DNA of 64,000 nt from Flavobacteriaceae bacterium (GCA_947451525.1 CANFZM010000013.1:5220-69219), one strand, 5' to 3'; shown: positions 20,580-30,959, numbered from the stretch's first letter. Program-made: numbers and translations. The notes: a model not told the origin generated them from the sequence alone.

Positions 20580-21968
20580 GTGAGCACAAATAACCCACTT
20601 TTTTCAGAATTTGAAAACGTTAGTTCCCAAAAATGGAAACAACAAATTCAGTACGAACTTAAAGGAGCCGATTACAATGACACCCTAGTTTGGGAAAGCC
20701 CAGAAGGCATCAAAGTAAAACCCTTTTACCACAACGATGAATTGGAAACTAAATTCCAATCCATCACTCCCAAAAATGCCTTTGCCATTGTACAAAACAT
20801 TTTCGTTCACGATGTTAAACTATCCAACCTAAGAGCCTTAGATACTCTAAACCGAGGTGCAGAAAGCATCCGATTTACCATCGAAAACGAATCAATTTCT
20901 ATAGAAGATTTAATGCAAAATCTACCAACAGAAAAAGCAACTTATTCTTTTAATTTGCCATTTCTCTCTGTCGATTATGCAACTAAAATTGAAGATTATG
21001 CTGCAAAAAATAAGGTAAATTGCACTATTCTTTTAGACCCAATTGGGCAACTAACCAAAGACGGCAATTGGTTTGAATCCTTAGATAAAGATTTTGAAAA
21101 ACTAAATACTATAGTAAACTATTCCCCTCCTCTGGAGGGGTGCCCGAAGGGCGGGGTGGTCTCTATAAACGCCAGCACATACCAAAATGCAGGTGCAACA
21201 ATGGTGCAACAATTGGCCTATACTCTTGCTCATGTAAATGAATATTTTAACCGATTAACTTCTATACCACAACCCATTACCATAGAAGTATCTGTTGGAA
21301 CCAACTACTTTTTTGAAATTGCAAAACTTCGTGCTTTGCGTACTTTGTTTGCAATATTGGCTAAAGAATACGACCACAATTTCGATTGTATTATTGTAGC
21401 AACTCCAACCAAACGCAACAAAACCATTTACGATTATAATGTAAATATGTTACGCACAACCACAGAGTGTATGAGTGCAATTCTTGGTGGAGCCAATGCT
21501 GTTGCTAACTTGCCTTATGATGCTTTGTACCATAAGGACAATGAATTTGGCGACCGAATTGCCCGAAATCAACTATTGGTTTTAAAACACGAGAGTTTCT
21601 TTGACAAAGTAAACAATCCTGCGGATGGTGCTTATTATATAGAATCCCTAACCGAACAATTAGCAGAAAAAGCCCTTACTTTATTCAAAGAAATTGAAGC
21701 GAATGGCGGATTCATAACCCAATTAATTGAAGGAAATATCCAAAGAAAAATTAGCGAAAGCGCACAAAAAGAACAAGATTTAATGGATAGCGGCAAAGAA
21801 GTTTTATTAGGAACCAACAAATACCCTAACAAAAACGACCGTATGAAAAATGATTTGGAGTTATATCCTTTCTTAAAACAAAATCCGCGTAAAACGTTAA
21901 TCACTCCTATCATTGAAAAACGATTGGCAGAGAAAATTGAACAAGAACGTTTATCTCAAGAACAATAA
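20580..21968 (+). CDS. Methylmalonyl-CoA mutase small subunit
   Basis: WESPEGIKVKPFY, YQNAGA, YFFEIAKLRALR, NMLRTTTE, DPADGAY-like NPADGAYYIE; upstream of the large subunit. Confidence 0.88.
   Translation: MSTNNPLFSEFENVSSQKWKQQIQYELKGADYNDTLVWESPEGIKVKPFYHNDELETKFQSITPKNAFAIVQNIFVHDVKLSNLRALDTLNRGAESIRFTIENESISIEDLMQNLPTEKATYSFNLPFLSVDYATKIEDYAAKNKVNCTILLDPIGQLTKDGNWFESLDKDFEKLNTIVNYSPPLEGCPKGGVVSINASTYQNAGATMVQQLAYTLAHVNEYFNRLTSIPQPITIEVSVGTNYFFEIAKLRALRTLFAILAKEYDHNFDCIIVATPTKRNKTIYDYNVNMLRTTTECMSAILGGANAVANLPYDALYHKDNEFGDRIARNQLLVLKHESFFDKVNNPADGAYYIESLTEQLAEKALTLFKEIEANGGFITQLIEGNIQRKISESAQKEQDLMDSGKEVLLGTNKYPNKNDRMKNDLELYPFLKQNPRKTLITPIIEKRLAEKIEQERLSQEQ
21123..21160. repeat. GC-rich double-hairpin repeat inside a CDS
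   Basis: CCCCTCC-TCT-GGAGGGG plus GCCC-GAA-GGGC plus GGGGTGG; related to 48614-48643. Confidence 0.75.
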
Positions 21969-21970
21969 CC

Positions 21971-23656
21971 ATGAGAAAAATTACTTTACTTATTCTATTC
22001 TTAATTATTTATAAATCAAACGCACAGGCTCCAGGCTGGTCATGGGCAAAATCAATCAATGGTGCTAATACAAATTATATAAATAAAACAGTAATTGATT
22101 CTCAAAATAACACTTATATATTAGGTAGTTTTTATTATAATATTGATTTTCAAAACATCTCTTTAACTACCAATTCAAATTCTAACTTCTTAGCAAAATT
22201 TGATCCTTTAGGGAATATTGTGTGGGCAAAAAAAATTGAAAATGGTGGGGTAAATAATTTTACAATTTCTTTTTTAAAAATAGATAATAACGATAATATT
22301 TTATTAGGTGGGTATGCGAGTCTAAGTAACTTTTCAGGTAGTATAATTTATAATAATGAAATGGACATTTATTTTGAACCAACTCCAAATTTTGGTTTTT
22401 ATAGGTATTTTTCAATGAAAATTGATTCATCTTCTGGATCTGTTGATTGGTACGATACTGATTTTGGAAAATCCTCTTTATATAGTGGAGATTTAGATAG
22501 TTCAAATAATAATTACTTTTTTGGGGATTATAATACATCCATCTCAATCGAAGGAACAGTATTAGAGTCAACAACTCCATCAGGAACGGACTTTTACATT
22601 CTTAAAAAGAATAGCAATAATCTTATTTGGGCTAAACCATTTAATTTTAACTGTACTCTACTTGATCCCATAATAAAAGTTATTAATAACCAAAATTTAG
22701 TATTAGTAGCAAAAACATATTCTGAAGATTTCTCATTTCAAAATAATTCTTTCCAGATGGGAAATCCAAATATTCCTAAATTAATCATCTTAAAACTTGA
22801 TTTGAATGGTAATTTTATATCATTCAATTATTATATTGATTGCCCTCTTGTTACAAATGCTAGTTCACAAGGTAATTTCCATGTTGACGAAAATGGGGAT
22901 ATATATTTATATGGAACCTTTGTAGATAGCAACTTACAAATAGGTTCAACCACTTTAAATAAAATAGGAACAGAAGATATTTATGTTTCAAAATTTAATT
23001 CAAATGCAAATTTATTTTGGGCAAAAAGCATTGGAGTTGCAAATTTTGGATTTATTTTTGATTGTTTCACAACTCATAATGGAAATATACTAATTGGTAC
23101 TGATTTTAATCCAAGTGGTAATTTTACAATTAACAACTCCAATTACATTTGCAATGGTGATTTTACTTCATTATTCATTAATTTAGATACTGATTTTAAT
23201 TTTATTTGGACCAAAAGTACTACTGGAATAGGTAATCAATATGGGAATTATCCTAATACACTTACTTACAACAATCAAGATGAAATTATAATTACAGGTG
23301 CATATAATTGTCAAAATATTAGTTTTGATAATTTCAACTTACTTGACACAAATAATACAAATTCAAGTTTTAAATCATTTATTGCTAAATTAAATGGGGC
23401 CATTTTAACAACTAATGTTTTTAATAGAAATATAGTTTCATTGTACCCTAATCCAGTTAAAGAAAAGTTCAGTATTAGTGGAATTGAAAATTTAAATGGC
23501 AATAGTTATACTATAACTGATACTTCCGGAAGAATAATTAATAAAGGTACCATTTCAGATAATTCTAATAATTCATTTGAAGTTACTAACTTAAAAACTG
23601 GAATTTATTTTTTTACTACTAATAGTGGTATCTGTAAAAAATTCATAAAAGAGTAA
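21971..23656 (+). CDS. T9SS type A sorting domain protein with beta-propeller-like repeats
   Basis: Signal peptide, repeated WAK motifs, C-terminal LYPNP...LKTGIY...KKFIKE. Confidence 0.8.
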   Translation: MRKITLLILFLIIYKSNAQAPGWSWAKSINGANTNYINKTVIDSQNNTYILGSFYYNIDFQNISLTTNSNSNFLAKFDPLGNIVWAKKIENGGVNNFTISFLKIDNNDNILLGGYASLSNFSGSIIYNNEMDIYFEPTPNFGFYRYFSMKIDSSSGSVDWYDTDFGKSSLYSGDLDSSNNNYFFGDYNTSISIEGTVLESTTPSGTDFYILKKNSNNLIWAKPFNFNCTLLDPIIKVINNQNLVLVAKTYSEDFSFQNNSFQMGNPNIPKLIILKLDLNGNFISFNYYIDCPLVTNASSQGNFHVDENGDIYLYGTFVDSNLQIGSTTLNKIGTEDIYVSKFNSNANLFWAKSIGVANFGFIFDCFTTHNGNILIGTDFNPSGNFTINNSNYICNGDFTSLFINLDTDFNFIWTKSTTGIGNQYGNYPNTLTYNNQDEIIITGAYNCQNISFDNFNLLDTNNTNSSFKSFIAKLNGAILTTNVFNRNIVSLYPNPVKEKFSISGIENLNGNSYTITDTSGRIINKGTISDNSNNSFEVTNLKTGIYFFTTNSGICKKFIKE

Positions 23657-23671
23657 AAATCCTTACAATTC

Positions 23672-25795
23672 ATGAGAAAAGACATACAACATATAAAGTT
23701 AGAAGTACAAATTACGAAGAACGAAGTATCCAATACAGATACTTTCCGAACTGCTGAAAACATTGAACTAAAACCCATCTATTCCAAAGAAGATACTAAA
23801 GGTTTAAAACATTTAGGTTTTGGAGCAGGGTTTTCACCTTATTTAAGAGGTCCTTATGCAACCATGTACGTTCGTCGCCCATGGACGATTCGCCAATATG
23901 CAGGATTTTCAACCGCCCAAGAAAGCAATGCCTTCTATAGAAGAAACCTTGCTGCTGGACAAAAAGGACTTTCCGTTGCATTTGATTTAGCCACCCATAG
24001 AGGTTATGATTCCGATCACGAACGCGTTTTTGGTGATGTCGGAAAAGCAGGGGTTGCCATAGACTCGGTAGAAGATATGAAAATATTATTCGACCAAATT
24101 CCATTAGATGAAATGTCGGTTTCCATGACCATGAACGGTGCCGTTTTACCTATTATGGCATTCTATATTGTGGCTGCCGAAGAACAAGGCGTTGCTCCTG
24201 AATTACTTTCGGGAACCATACAAAACGATATTTTGAAGGAATTCATGGTGCGAAACACCTATATCTACCCTCCTACTCCTTCCATGAAAATCATTGCCGA
24301 TATATTTGAATATTCTAGCAAGAACATGCCGAAATTCAACTCTATTTCTATTTCAGGTTACCATATGCAAGAAGCCGGAGCTACTGCCGATATTGAATTG
24401 GCTTACACTCTTGCGGACGGTTTAGAATACATTCGGACTGGTTTAGCAACCGGAATGAAAATTGACGAATTTGCTCCACGCCTATCTTTTTTCTGGGCAA
24501 TTGGAATGAACCATTTTATGGAAATTGCCAAGATGCGTGCCGGAAGAATGTTGTGGGCTAAATTGTTAAAACAATTTAATCCGAAAGACGAAAAATCATT
24601 GGCTTTGCGAACCCATTGCCAAACTTCGGGTTGGAGTTTAACCGAGCAAGATCCCTTTAATAATGTGGCACGAACTGCTATTGAAGCATCGGCAGCAGCA
24701 TTTGGAGGAACACAATCGTTGCACACCAACGCATTAGACGAAGCCATTGCATTACCAACTGATTTCTCGGCACGAATTGCTAGAAATACCCAAATATTTT
24801 TACAAGAAGAAACCAAAATTTGCAAAACCGTCGACCCTTGGGCAGGTAGTTATTATGTAGAAACGTTAACCAAAGAAATTGCAGACAAAGCCTGGGCATT
24901 AATTGAAGAAGTAGAAGAATTGGGTGGCATGACTAAAGCCATCGAATCGGGAATTCCTAAATTGCGTATTGAAGAAGCCGCTGCAAGAAAACAAGCACGT
25001 ATAGATAGTAGCCAAGATATTATTGTTGGAATCAATAAATACCGTTTAGAAAAAGAAGATCCACTTCAGATTTTAGATGTAGATAACGACATGGTGCGCA
25101 AGCAACAAATAGAACGTTTACACCAAATAAAAGCCACTCGAGATACTGCTAAAGTAAAAGAGTGTTTAGCAAAATTAACCGATGCTGCTAAAAACTCTAA
25201 CGGAAATTTATTATCTTTAGCCGTAGAAGCAGCACGAAATAGAGCCACATTAGGCGAAATTAGTGATGCGCTCGAAGAAGTTTTTGGAAGATATAAAGCA
25301 CAAATTAGATCCTTTAGCGGCGTGTATAGTAAAGAGATAAAAGACGATAAAAGTTTTGAAAAAGCAAAACAATTAGCCGATGCCTTCGCTAAAAAAGAAG
25401 GACGTCGCCCACGTATTATGATTGCCAAAATGGGACAAGACGGTCACGACCGTGGTGCCAAAGTGGTAGCCACAGGTTATGCAGATGTAGGTTTTGATGT
25501 GGACATTGGTCCTTTGTTTCAAACCCCTGCCGAAGCAGCTAAACAAGCTGTTGAAAACGATGTGCATATTTTAGGAGTTTCCTCATTGGCTGCCGGACAT
25601 AAAACTCTAGTGCCTCAAGTTATTGAAGAACTAAAAAAATACGGACGCGAAGATATTATGGTTATTGTAGGTGGTGTTATCCCAGCTCAAGATTACCAAT
25701 TCCTTTTTGATGCGGGTGCCGTTGCCGTTTTTGGTCCTGGAACCAAAATTAGTGAAGCCGCAATTAGTATTTTGGAAGTTTTGTTGGAGGATTAA
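23672..25795 (+). CDS. scpA: Methylmalonyl-CoA mutase large subunit
   Basis: [34 protein letters not shown]12-binding [10 protein letters not shown]. Confidence 0.95.
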   Translation: MRKDIQHIKLEVQITKNEVSNTDTFRTAENIELKPIYSKEDTKGLKHLGFGAGFSPYLRGPYATMYVRRPWTIRQYAGFSTAQESNAFYRRNLAAGQKGLSVAFDLATHRGYDSDHERVFGDVGKAGVAIDSVEDMKILFDQIPLDEMSVSMTMNGAVLPIMAFYIVAAEEQGVAPELLSGTIQNDILKEFMVRNTYIYPPTPSMKIIADIFEYSSKNMPKFNSISISGYHMQEAGATADIELAYTLADGLEYIRTGLATGMKIDEFAPRLSFFWAIGMNHFMEIAKMRAGRMLWAKLLKQFNPKDEKSLALRTHCQTSGWSLTEQDPFNNVARTAIEASAAAFGGTQSLHTNALDEAIALPTDFSARIARNTQIFLQEETKICKTVDPWAGSYYVETLTKEIADKAWALIEEVEELGGMTKAIESGIPKLRIEEAAARKQARIDSSQDIIVGINKYRLEKEDPLQILDVDNDMVRKQQIERLHQIKATRDTAKVKECLAKLTDAAKNSNGNLLSLAVEAARNRATLGEISDALEEVFGRYKAQIRSFSGVYSKEIKDDKSFEKAKQLADAFAKKEGRRPRIMIAKMGQDGHDRGAKVVATGYADVGFDVDIGPLFQTPAEAAKQAVENDVHILGVSSLAAGHKTLVPQVIEELKKYGREDIMVIVGGVIPAQDYQFLFDAGAVAVFGPGTKISEAAISILEVLLED

Positions 25796-25805
25796 AAACA
25801 TTCTT

Positions 25806-25830
25806 GTAATTCTGACGCAGGAAGAATCGC
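25806..25830. repeat. REP-like element downstream of scpA
   Basis: GTAATTCTGACGCAGGAAGAATCGC, reverse-complement variant of 2348-2370. Confidence 0.55.
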
Positions 25831-26027
25831 ATTATAGTATTATAATAACACCGACTGGAAAGTTGGTGTTATTTTTATTATGATTAATTGAAAATTTTGA
25901 AATTTAATAAAATTAGAAGTTGTGAAGTAAATTTAACACTTTGAAACAGTAAGATTCTAATTTAATTAAGGGTTTATTATCTTCATAATTATCTGTAAAA
26001 AAAGAAAAAAAATCTACTCAAACATTT

Positions 26028-26396
26028 CTATTTTTCGTCACAATACCCTTTATTATCCGATGTCATATTTTGTTTTCCCCATTGGTACATACTGTCGATA
26101 ATAGGTAATAAAGTACTTCCGTAAGGCGTAATTTTGTATTCAACTCTTGGCGGAATTTCAGCATAAATAATTCGTTCTAGAATACCATCTGCCTCTAATT
26201 CTCGCAACTGATTGGTTAATGTTTGTTTGCTAATTTCTGTTATGTTTTTTAGCAAAATACTATATCTATTTCTATCCGTTCGTATCATGTGAATAATGCT
26301 TGGTTTCCATTTTCCTCCAATTATATTCATACAATATACCACAGGACAATTGCCCGGATTGAAATCTTTTGTCTTCCTAACTACTGTATTTTCCAT
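26028..26396 (-). CDS. HxlR-family winged-helix regulator
   Basis: CPVVYCMNIIGGKWK, LTNQLRELEADG, PPRVEYKIT. Confidence 0.9.
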   Translation of the reverse strand: MENTVVRKTKDFNPGNCPVVYCMNIIGGKWKPSIIHMIRTDRNRYSILLKNITEISKQTLTNQLRELEADGILERIIYAEIPPRVEYKITPYGSTLLPIIDSMYQWGKQNMTSDNKGYCDEK

Positions 26397-26496
26397 TAGT
26401 CTATTATTTTAGTCTATACCAATAAATATTGCCTATACTAATTACTTAGACAAAAGTAATAATTTTGCTAATTATAAATTTAAAATTCTCTCAAAA

Positions 26497-26766
26497 ATGA
26501 AAAGAATTGTAGTAATTACAACTAAAATAACTGCCAATCACCAAGACGTAGATTTTGAAGCATTGAAGAAAAAAGAAATGCCTTTTATTCAGAAATGGAA
26601 GGAAGAAGGAGTATTAGAAAATTTCTTCATAAAGTCTGACACAAATGGTGCAGTTCTTATTTTTAAGAATTTAGAAATGGAACAAGTAATAAAAAACATG
26701 GAAAATTTACCCTTCTTTCCGTATTTAGAAAAAGTGGAGTATTTAGAAATTAATAAAATATTTTAA
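26497..26766 (+). CDS. Small dimeric alpha/beta-barrel protein (muconolactone isomerase/YCII-like)
   Basis: 89 aa, GAVLIF...LPFFPYL pattern; divergent from HxlR. Confidence 0.55.
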   Translation: MKRIVVITTKITANHQDVDFEALKKKEMPFIQKWKEEGVLENFFIKSDTNGAVLIFKNLEMEQVIKNMENLPFFPYLEKVEYLEINKIF

Positions 26767-26921
26767 TCTAAAAAGGATGTTCAAGAGGGTTTATATCCTC
26801 TTTTTTTTGTTGCTAAAATTTCAGAAATTTAGTATTACAAAATTGGCTTCAACCAAATATTGGTATTCATTTGAATTATAAAAATATAATAATACTATGC
26901 GTGCCTACCATTTATTTTTAG

Positions 26922-26929
26922 TATATTTG
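26922..26929 (+). promoter_or_regulatory. -7 promoter box for the SDR gene
   Basis: TATATTTG 20 nt before the ATG. Confidence 0.55.
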
Positions 26930-26949
26930 AAAAACAAATTATACTTAAT

Positions 26950-27831
26950 ATGGATTTTTCAGCTAAAATGCTTCGCGATGATGCCCTAAAAGGGAAAGTA
27001 ATTGTAGTAACTGGTGGTGGAAGTGGATTGGGTAAAGCCATGACAAAATATTTCTTAGAATTGGGTGCTAATGTTGCTATAACCTCTCGAGATATTGAAA
27101 AACTAAAAGCAACTGCAACCGAATTGGAAACTGCAACTAGTGGAAAATGTTTGCCATTGCAATGCGATGTTCGGCATTACGACCAAGTAGAAGCGATGCT
27201 TGCAGAAGTTCTTAAAGTTTTTGGAAAAGTAGATGTTTTATTAAATAACGCTGCCGGAAATTTTATTTCTCCCACTGAACGCCTATCGGCAAATGCATTT
27301 GATACTATTATTGACATCGTTTTAAAAGGATCTAAAAACTGTACTTTGGCTTTTGGAAAACATTGGATTGCCCAAAAACAAACCAATTGTAACGTTTTAA
27401 ATATTGTTACAACATATGCTTGGACTGGCTCTGGATATGTAGTTCCGAGTGCAACTGCCAAGGCTGGAGTACTTGCCATGACTAGAAGTTTGGCTGTAGA
27501 ATGGGCAAAATACGGCATCCGAATGAATGCTATTGCACCAGGTCCATTTCCAACCAAAGGTGCATGGGATAGATTACTTCCAGGGGATTTAGCAGAAAAA
27601 TTTGACATGGCTAAAAAGGTACCTTTAAGAAGAGTTGGCGATCACCAAGAGTTAGCAAATCTTGCTGCATATTTAGTTTCTGATTTTTCTTCCTATATTA
27701 ACGGAGAAGTAGTAACTATTGATGGTGGCGAATGGTTGCAAGGTGCAGGACAATTCAATATCTTAGAAAAAATACCCCAAGAAATGTGGGATATGCTGGA
27801 GGTTATGATAAAAAACAAAGGAAATAAATAA
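26950..27831 (+). CDS. SDR oxidoreductase, 2,4-dienoyl-CoA reductase-like
   Basis: TGGGSGLG, NNAAGNFISP, SATAKAGV, NAIAPGP. Confidence 0.88.
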   Translation: MDFSAKMLRDDALKGKVIVVTGGGSGLGKAMTKYFLELGANVAITSRDIEKLKATATELETATSGKCLPLQCDVRHYDQVEAMLAEVLKVFGKVDVLLNNAAGNFISPTERLSANAFDTIIDIVLKGSKNCTLAFGKHWIAQKQTNCNVLNIVTTYAWTGSGYVVPSATAKAGVLAMTRSLAVEWAKYGIRMNAIAPGPFPTKGAWDRLLPGDLAEKFDMAKKVPLRRVGDHQELANLAAYLVSDFSSYINGEVVTIDGGEWLQGAGQFNILEKIPQEMWDMLEVMIKNKGNK

Positions 27832-27835
27832 AAAA

Positions 27836-27906
27836 ATTTCGGGGTTAAAGTTTCGGGTTTAAAGTTTCAAACTCAAAACTTTAAACCTGAAACTTTAAAC
27901 TTTAGA
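27836..27906. repeat. Inverted heptamer arrays (hairpin) upstream of parA
   Basis: GGGTTAAAGTTTCGGGTTTAAAGTTT facing AAACTTTAAACCTGAAACTTTAAAC. Confidence 0.7.
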
Positions 27907-27980
27907 CTATTGTTAACAAATAACACTTTTATAAACCATAATAAATTGTATTTTTACCATTCAAAATTTGAATAGAATAA

Positions 27981-28748
27981 ATGGGTAAAATCATTGCAAT
28001 AGCCAACCAAAAAGGTGGTGTAGGAAAAACGACTACTTCGGTTAATTTAGCCGCATCACTCGGTGTTTTAGAGAAAAAAGTCTTATTAATTGATGCCGAT
28101 CCGCAAGCCAATGCGAGTTCGGGATTGGGTATAGATGTAGAGAGTGTAGAGATTGGAACTTACCAAATTCTAGAGCACAGCAACATTCCAGAAGATGCAA
28201 TTATTAAATCGTCTTCACCTAATGTAGATGTTATTCCAGCACATATTGACCTTGTTGCTATCGAAATTGAATTGGTAGATAAGGAAAATAGAGAATACAT
28301 GCTTAAGCAAGCATTAGAAAAAATCAAAGACCAATACGATTATATCTTAATTGATTGTGCTCCTTCTTTAGGATTGCTTACACTAAACGCCTTAACCGCT
28401 GCTGATAGTGTGATTATCCCCATTCAATGCGAATATTTTGCCTTAGAAGGATTGGGTAAATTATTGAATACTATTAAAAGTGTTCAAAAAATTCACAACC
28501 CCGACTTAGATATTGAAGGGCTTCTTTTAACCATGTACGATTCGCGTTTACGCCTTTCGAACCAAGTGGTAGAAGAGGTTCAAAAACATTTTAACGATAT
28601 GGTTTTCAAAACTATCATCCAACGAAATGTAAAATTAAGTGAAGCTCCAAGTTTTGGAGAAAGTATAATTGCATTTGATGCTACAAGTAAAGGAGCCACC
28701 AACTACTTAAGCCTTGCAGAAGAGGTTATCCAAAAAAACAGCAAATAA
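27981..28748 (+). CDS. parA: Chromosome partitioning ATPase
   Basis: NQKGGVGKTT, DADPQANA, DCAPSLG, EAPSFG. Confidence 0.93.
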   Translation: MGKIIAIANQKGGVGKTTTSVNLAASLGVLEKKVLLIDADPQANASSGLGIDVESVEIGTYQILEHSNIPEDAIIKSSSPNVDVIPAHIDLVAIEIELVDKENREYMLKQALEKIKDQYDYILIDCAPSLGLLTLNALTAADSVIIPIQCEYFALEGLGKLLNTIKSVQKIHNPDLDIEGLLLTMYDSRLRLSNQVVEEVQKHFNDMVFKTIIQRNVKLSEAPSFGESIIAFDATSKGATNYLSLAEEVIQKNSK

Positions 28749-28751
28749 TTT

Positions 28752-29645
28752 ATGGCAAAAGCAATAAAAAAACAAGCTTTAGGTCGCGGTTTATCAGCAC
28801 TTTTAAAAGATCCAGATAATGATATTAAATCCGTAGACGATAAAAACGCAGATAAAGTTGTAGGAAATATCCTTGAAGTGGATATCGATACTATTGAAAT
28901 AAATCCTTTTCAGCCAAGAACCAATTTTAATGAAGAGTCTTTAAAAGAATTGGCATCTTCTATTAAAGAACTTGGTGTAATTCAGCCAATTACCGTTAGA
29001 AAATTAGAATTCAATAAATACCAATTGATATCTGGAGAACGTCGTTTGCGCGCTTCAAAATTAGTTGGATTTACTACAATTCCGGCTTATATTCGTATTG
29101 CTAATGATAACGAATCGTTAGTAATGGCGTTGGTAGAAAACATCCAACGACACGATTTAGATCCTATTGAAATAGCGCTTTCGTACCAACGTTTAATTGA
29201 AGAAATTCAACTTACGCAAGAGCAAATGAGCGAACGCGTAGGAAAAAAACGTTCTACGATTACCAATTATTTACGTCTTTTAAAATTGGATCCGATAATT
29301 CAAACGGGGATTCGAGATGGCTTCATCAGTATGGGTCATGGACGTGCCATGATTACTATTGAAGATCAAGATATTCAGACCGATATTTATCAAAAAATTG
29401 TTAGTCAAAATCTTTCGGTTCGCGATACTGAGGCTTTGGTTAAAAAACACCAAGATGGTCTAAAACCTGCTCCTGCAAAAGCAAGCACATCATTTACTAT
29501 TGACGAAACCCAAACTAAAGCCTTTACCAATTTCTTTGGTGCTAAAGTAGAAGTTAAAGTTGCTGGAAATGGCAAAGGAAAAATTGCAATTCCATTCCAT
29601 TCCGAAGAAGATTTTAACAGAATAATAAAACTAATCAACGGTTAG
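28752..29645 (+). CDS. parB: ParB/Spo0J partition protein
   Basis: LGRGLSALL, NPFQPR, ISGERRLRA, ENIQR. Confidence 0.93.
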   Translation: MAKAIKKQALGRGLSALLKDPDNDIKSVDDKNADKVVGNILEVDIDTIEINPFQPRTNFNEESLKELASSIKELGVIQPITVRKLEFNKYQLISGERRLRASKLVGFTTIPAYIRIANDNESLVMALVENIQRHDLDPIEIALSYQRLIEEIQLTQEQMSERVGKKRSTITNYLRLLKLDPIIQTGIRDGFISMGHGRAMITIEDQDIQTDIYQKIVSQNLSVRDTEALVKKHQDGLKPAPAKASTSFTIDETQTKAFTNFFGAKVEVKVAGNGKGKIAIPFHSEEDFNRIIKLING

Positions 29646-30205
29646 TGGTTCGGTTCTTATACATACTACTTTTCACCATCCTTTTAGGCAATACTAACCT
29701 ATTGGCGCAAACCGAATTAGGGGAAGATTTACGTGTTACGGATACTGTAAAAAAAACCAAAATTAACATGCTTGCTCCAGCAAAGGCTGCTTTTTATTCG
29801 GCTGTATTTCCTGGTCTTGGGCAAGTTTACAATAAAAAATATTGGAAATTACCTTTAGTTTATGGAGCCTTAGGGACAACCATTTATTTCTATATGAGTA
29901 ACAATAAAAAGTACCATTCTTATAGAGATGCTTACAAGCGAAGATTAGAAGGTTTTAATGATGATGACTATACTTATCTAGACAATGCCCGGCTGATTTC
30001 GGCTCAAAAATTCTACCAGAAAAACAGAGATTTATCGGCTTTACTTACAGGATTATTTTATGTTTTAAATATTGTAGATGCCAATGTAGATGCGCATTTA
30101 ATGCAATTTAATGTAAACGATAATCTTACAGTTAAACCCGATTTATATAGAAACGAATTTACTACAAAACAAGATTTAGGAATTTGTGTAACTTGGAAAT
30201 TATAA
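29645..30205 (+). CDS. DUF5683-like membrane protein
   Basis: SAVFPGLGQVYNKKYWKLPLVY, NIVDANVDAHL. Confidence 0.75.
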   Translation: MVRFLYILLFTILLGNTNLLAQTELGEDLRVTDTVKKTKINMLAPAKAAFYSAVFPGLGQVYNKKYWKLPLVYGALGTTIYFYMSNNKKYHSYRDAYKRRLEGFNDDDYTYLDNARLISAQKFYQKNRDLSALLTGLFYVLNIVDANVDAHLMQFNVNDNLTVKPDLYRNEFTTKQDLGICVTWKL

Positions 30206-30254
30206 AGTTTTCTTAAAATTGTAACAAACCAAACTACACACCAACTAACCTTTA

Positions 30255-30959
30255 ATGAAAATAGCACTATTAGGATACGGGAAAATGGGAAAAGTAATTG
30301 AGAAAATTGCTTTAGAACGTGGGCATGAAATTGTACTCCGAAAATCTAGTAGCACTACCTATTTAGGATTAGAAAATGCCGATGTTGCTATCGATTTTAG
30401 CATTCCTACTTCTGCTGTTGCTAATATTTCGGAGTGCTTAAACTATGGAGTTCCAGTAGTTTCTGGGACAACTGGGTGGCTAGAAGAATATCCAAAAATG
30501 GTAGCGCTTTGTGAAAACAAAAATGGTTCTTTTATTTATGGTTCTAATTTTAGTTTGGGCGTGAATTTATTTTTTGAATTGAATAATTATTTGGCAAAAA
30601 TGATGTCGAAATTCAAAAATTACTCTGCTTCTATGGAAGAAATTCACCATACCCAAAAACTGGATGCACCAAGCGGAACGGCAATTACATTAGCAAAAGG
30701 AATCATTGCAAATACCGATTATAAAAATTGGACTTTGGATAAAAAAGCCAATGAAAATGAAATTCATATTGATGCACAACGAATTGAAAATGTACCAGGA
30801 ACCCATAGTATTTTTTATACTTCGGAAGTGGATACTATAGAAATAAAACATACAGCACACAGTCGTGACGGATTTGCCTTAGGTTCTATCATTGCAGCCG
30901 AATGGTTGGTTGGCAAAAAAGGAGTTTACACGATGAAAGACGTATTAGAATTAAATTAA
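30255..30959 (+). CDS. dapB: 4-hydroxy-tetrahydrodipicolinate reductase
   Basis: LGYGKMG, SGTTGW, NFSLGVN, EIHHTQKLDAPSGTA. Confidence 0.95.
   Translation: MKIALLGYGKMGKVIEKIALERGHEIVLRKSSSTTYLGLENADVAIDFSIPTSAVANISECLNYGVPVVSGTTGWLEEYPKMVALCENKNGSFIYGSNFSLGVNLFFELNNYLAKMMSKFKNYSASMEEIHHTQKLDAPSGTAITLAKGIIANTDYKNWTLDKKANENEIHIDAQRIENVPGTHSIFYTSEVDTIEIKHTAHSRDGFALGSIIAAEWLVGKKGVYTMKDVLELN

Noticed and set aside
27832-29645. parS site or oriC near parAB
   Set aside because: No TGTTTCACGTGAAACA-like palindrome was found by eye. The perfect DnaA boxes noticed (~2784, ~11828) are isolated and inside CDSs.
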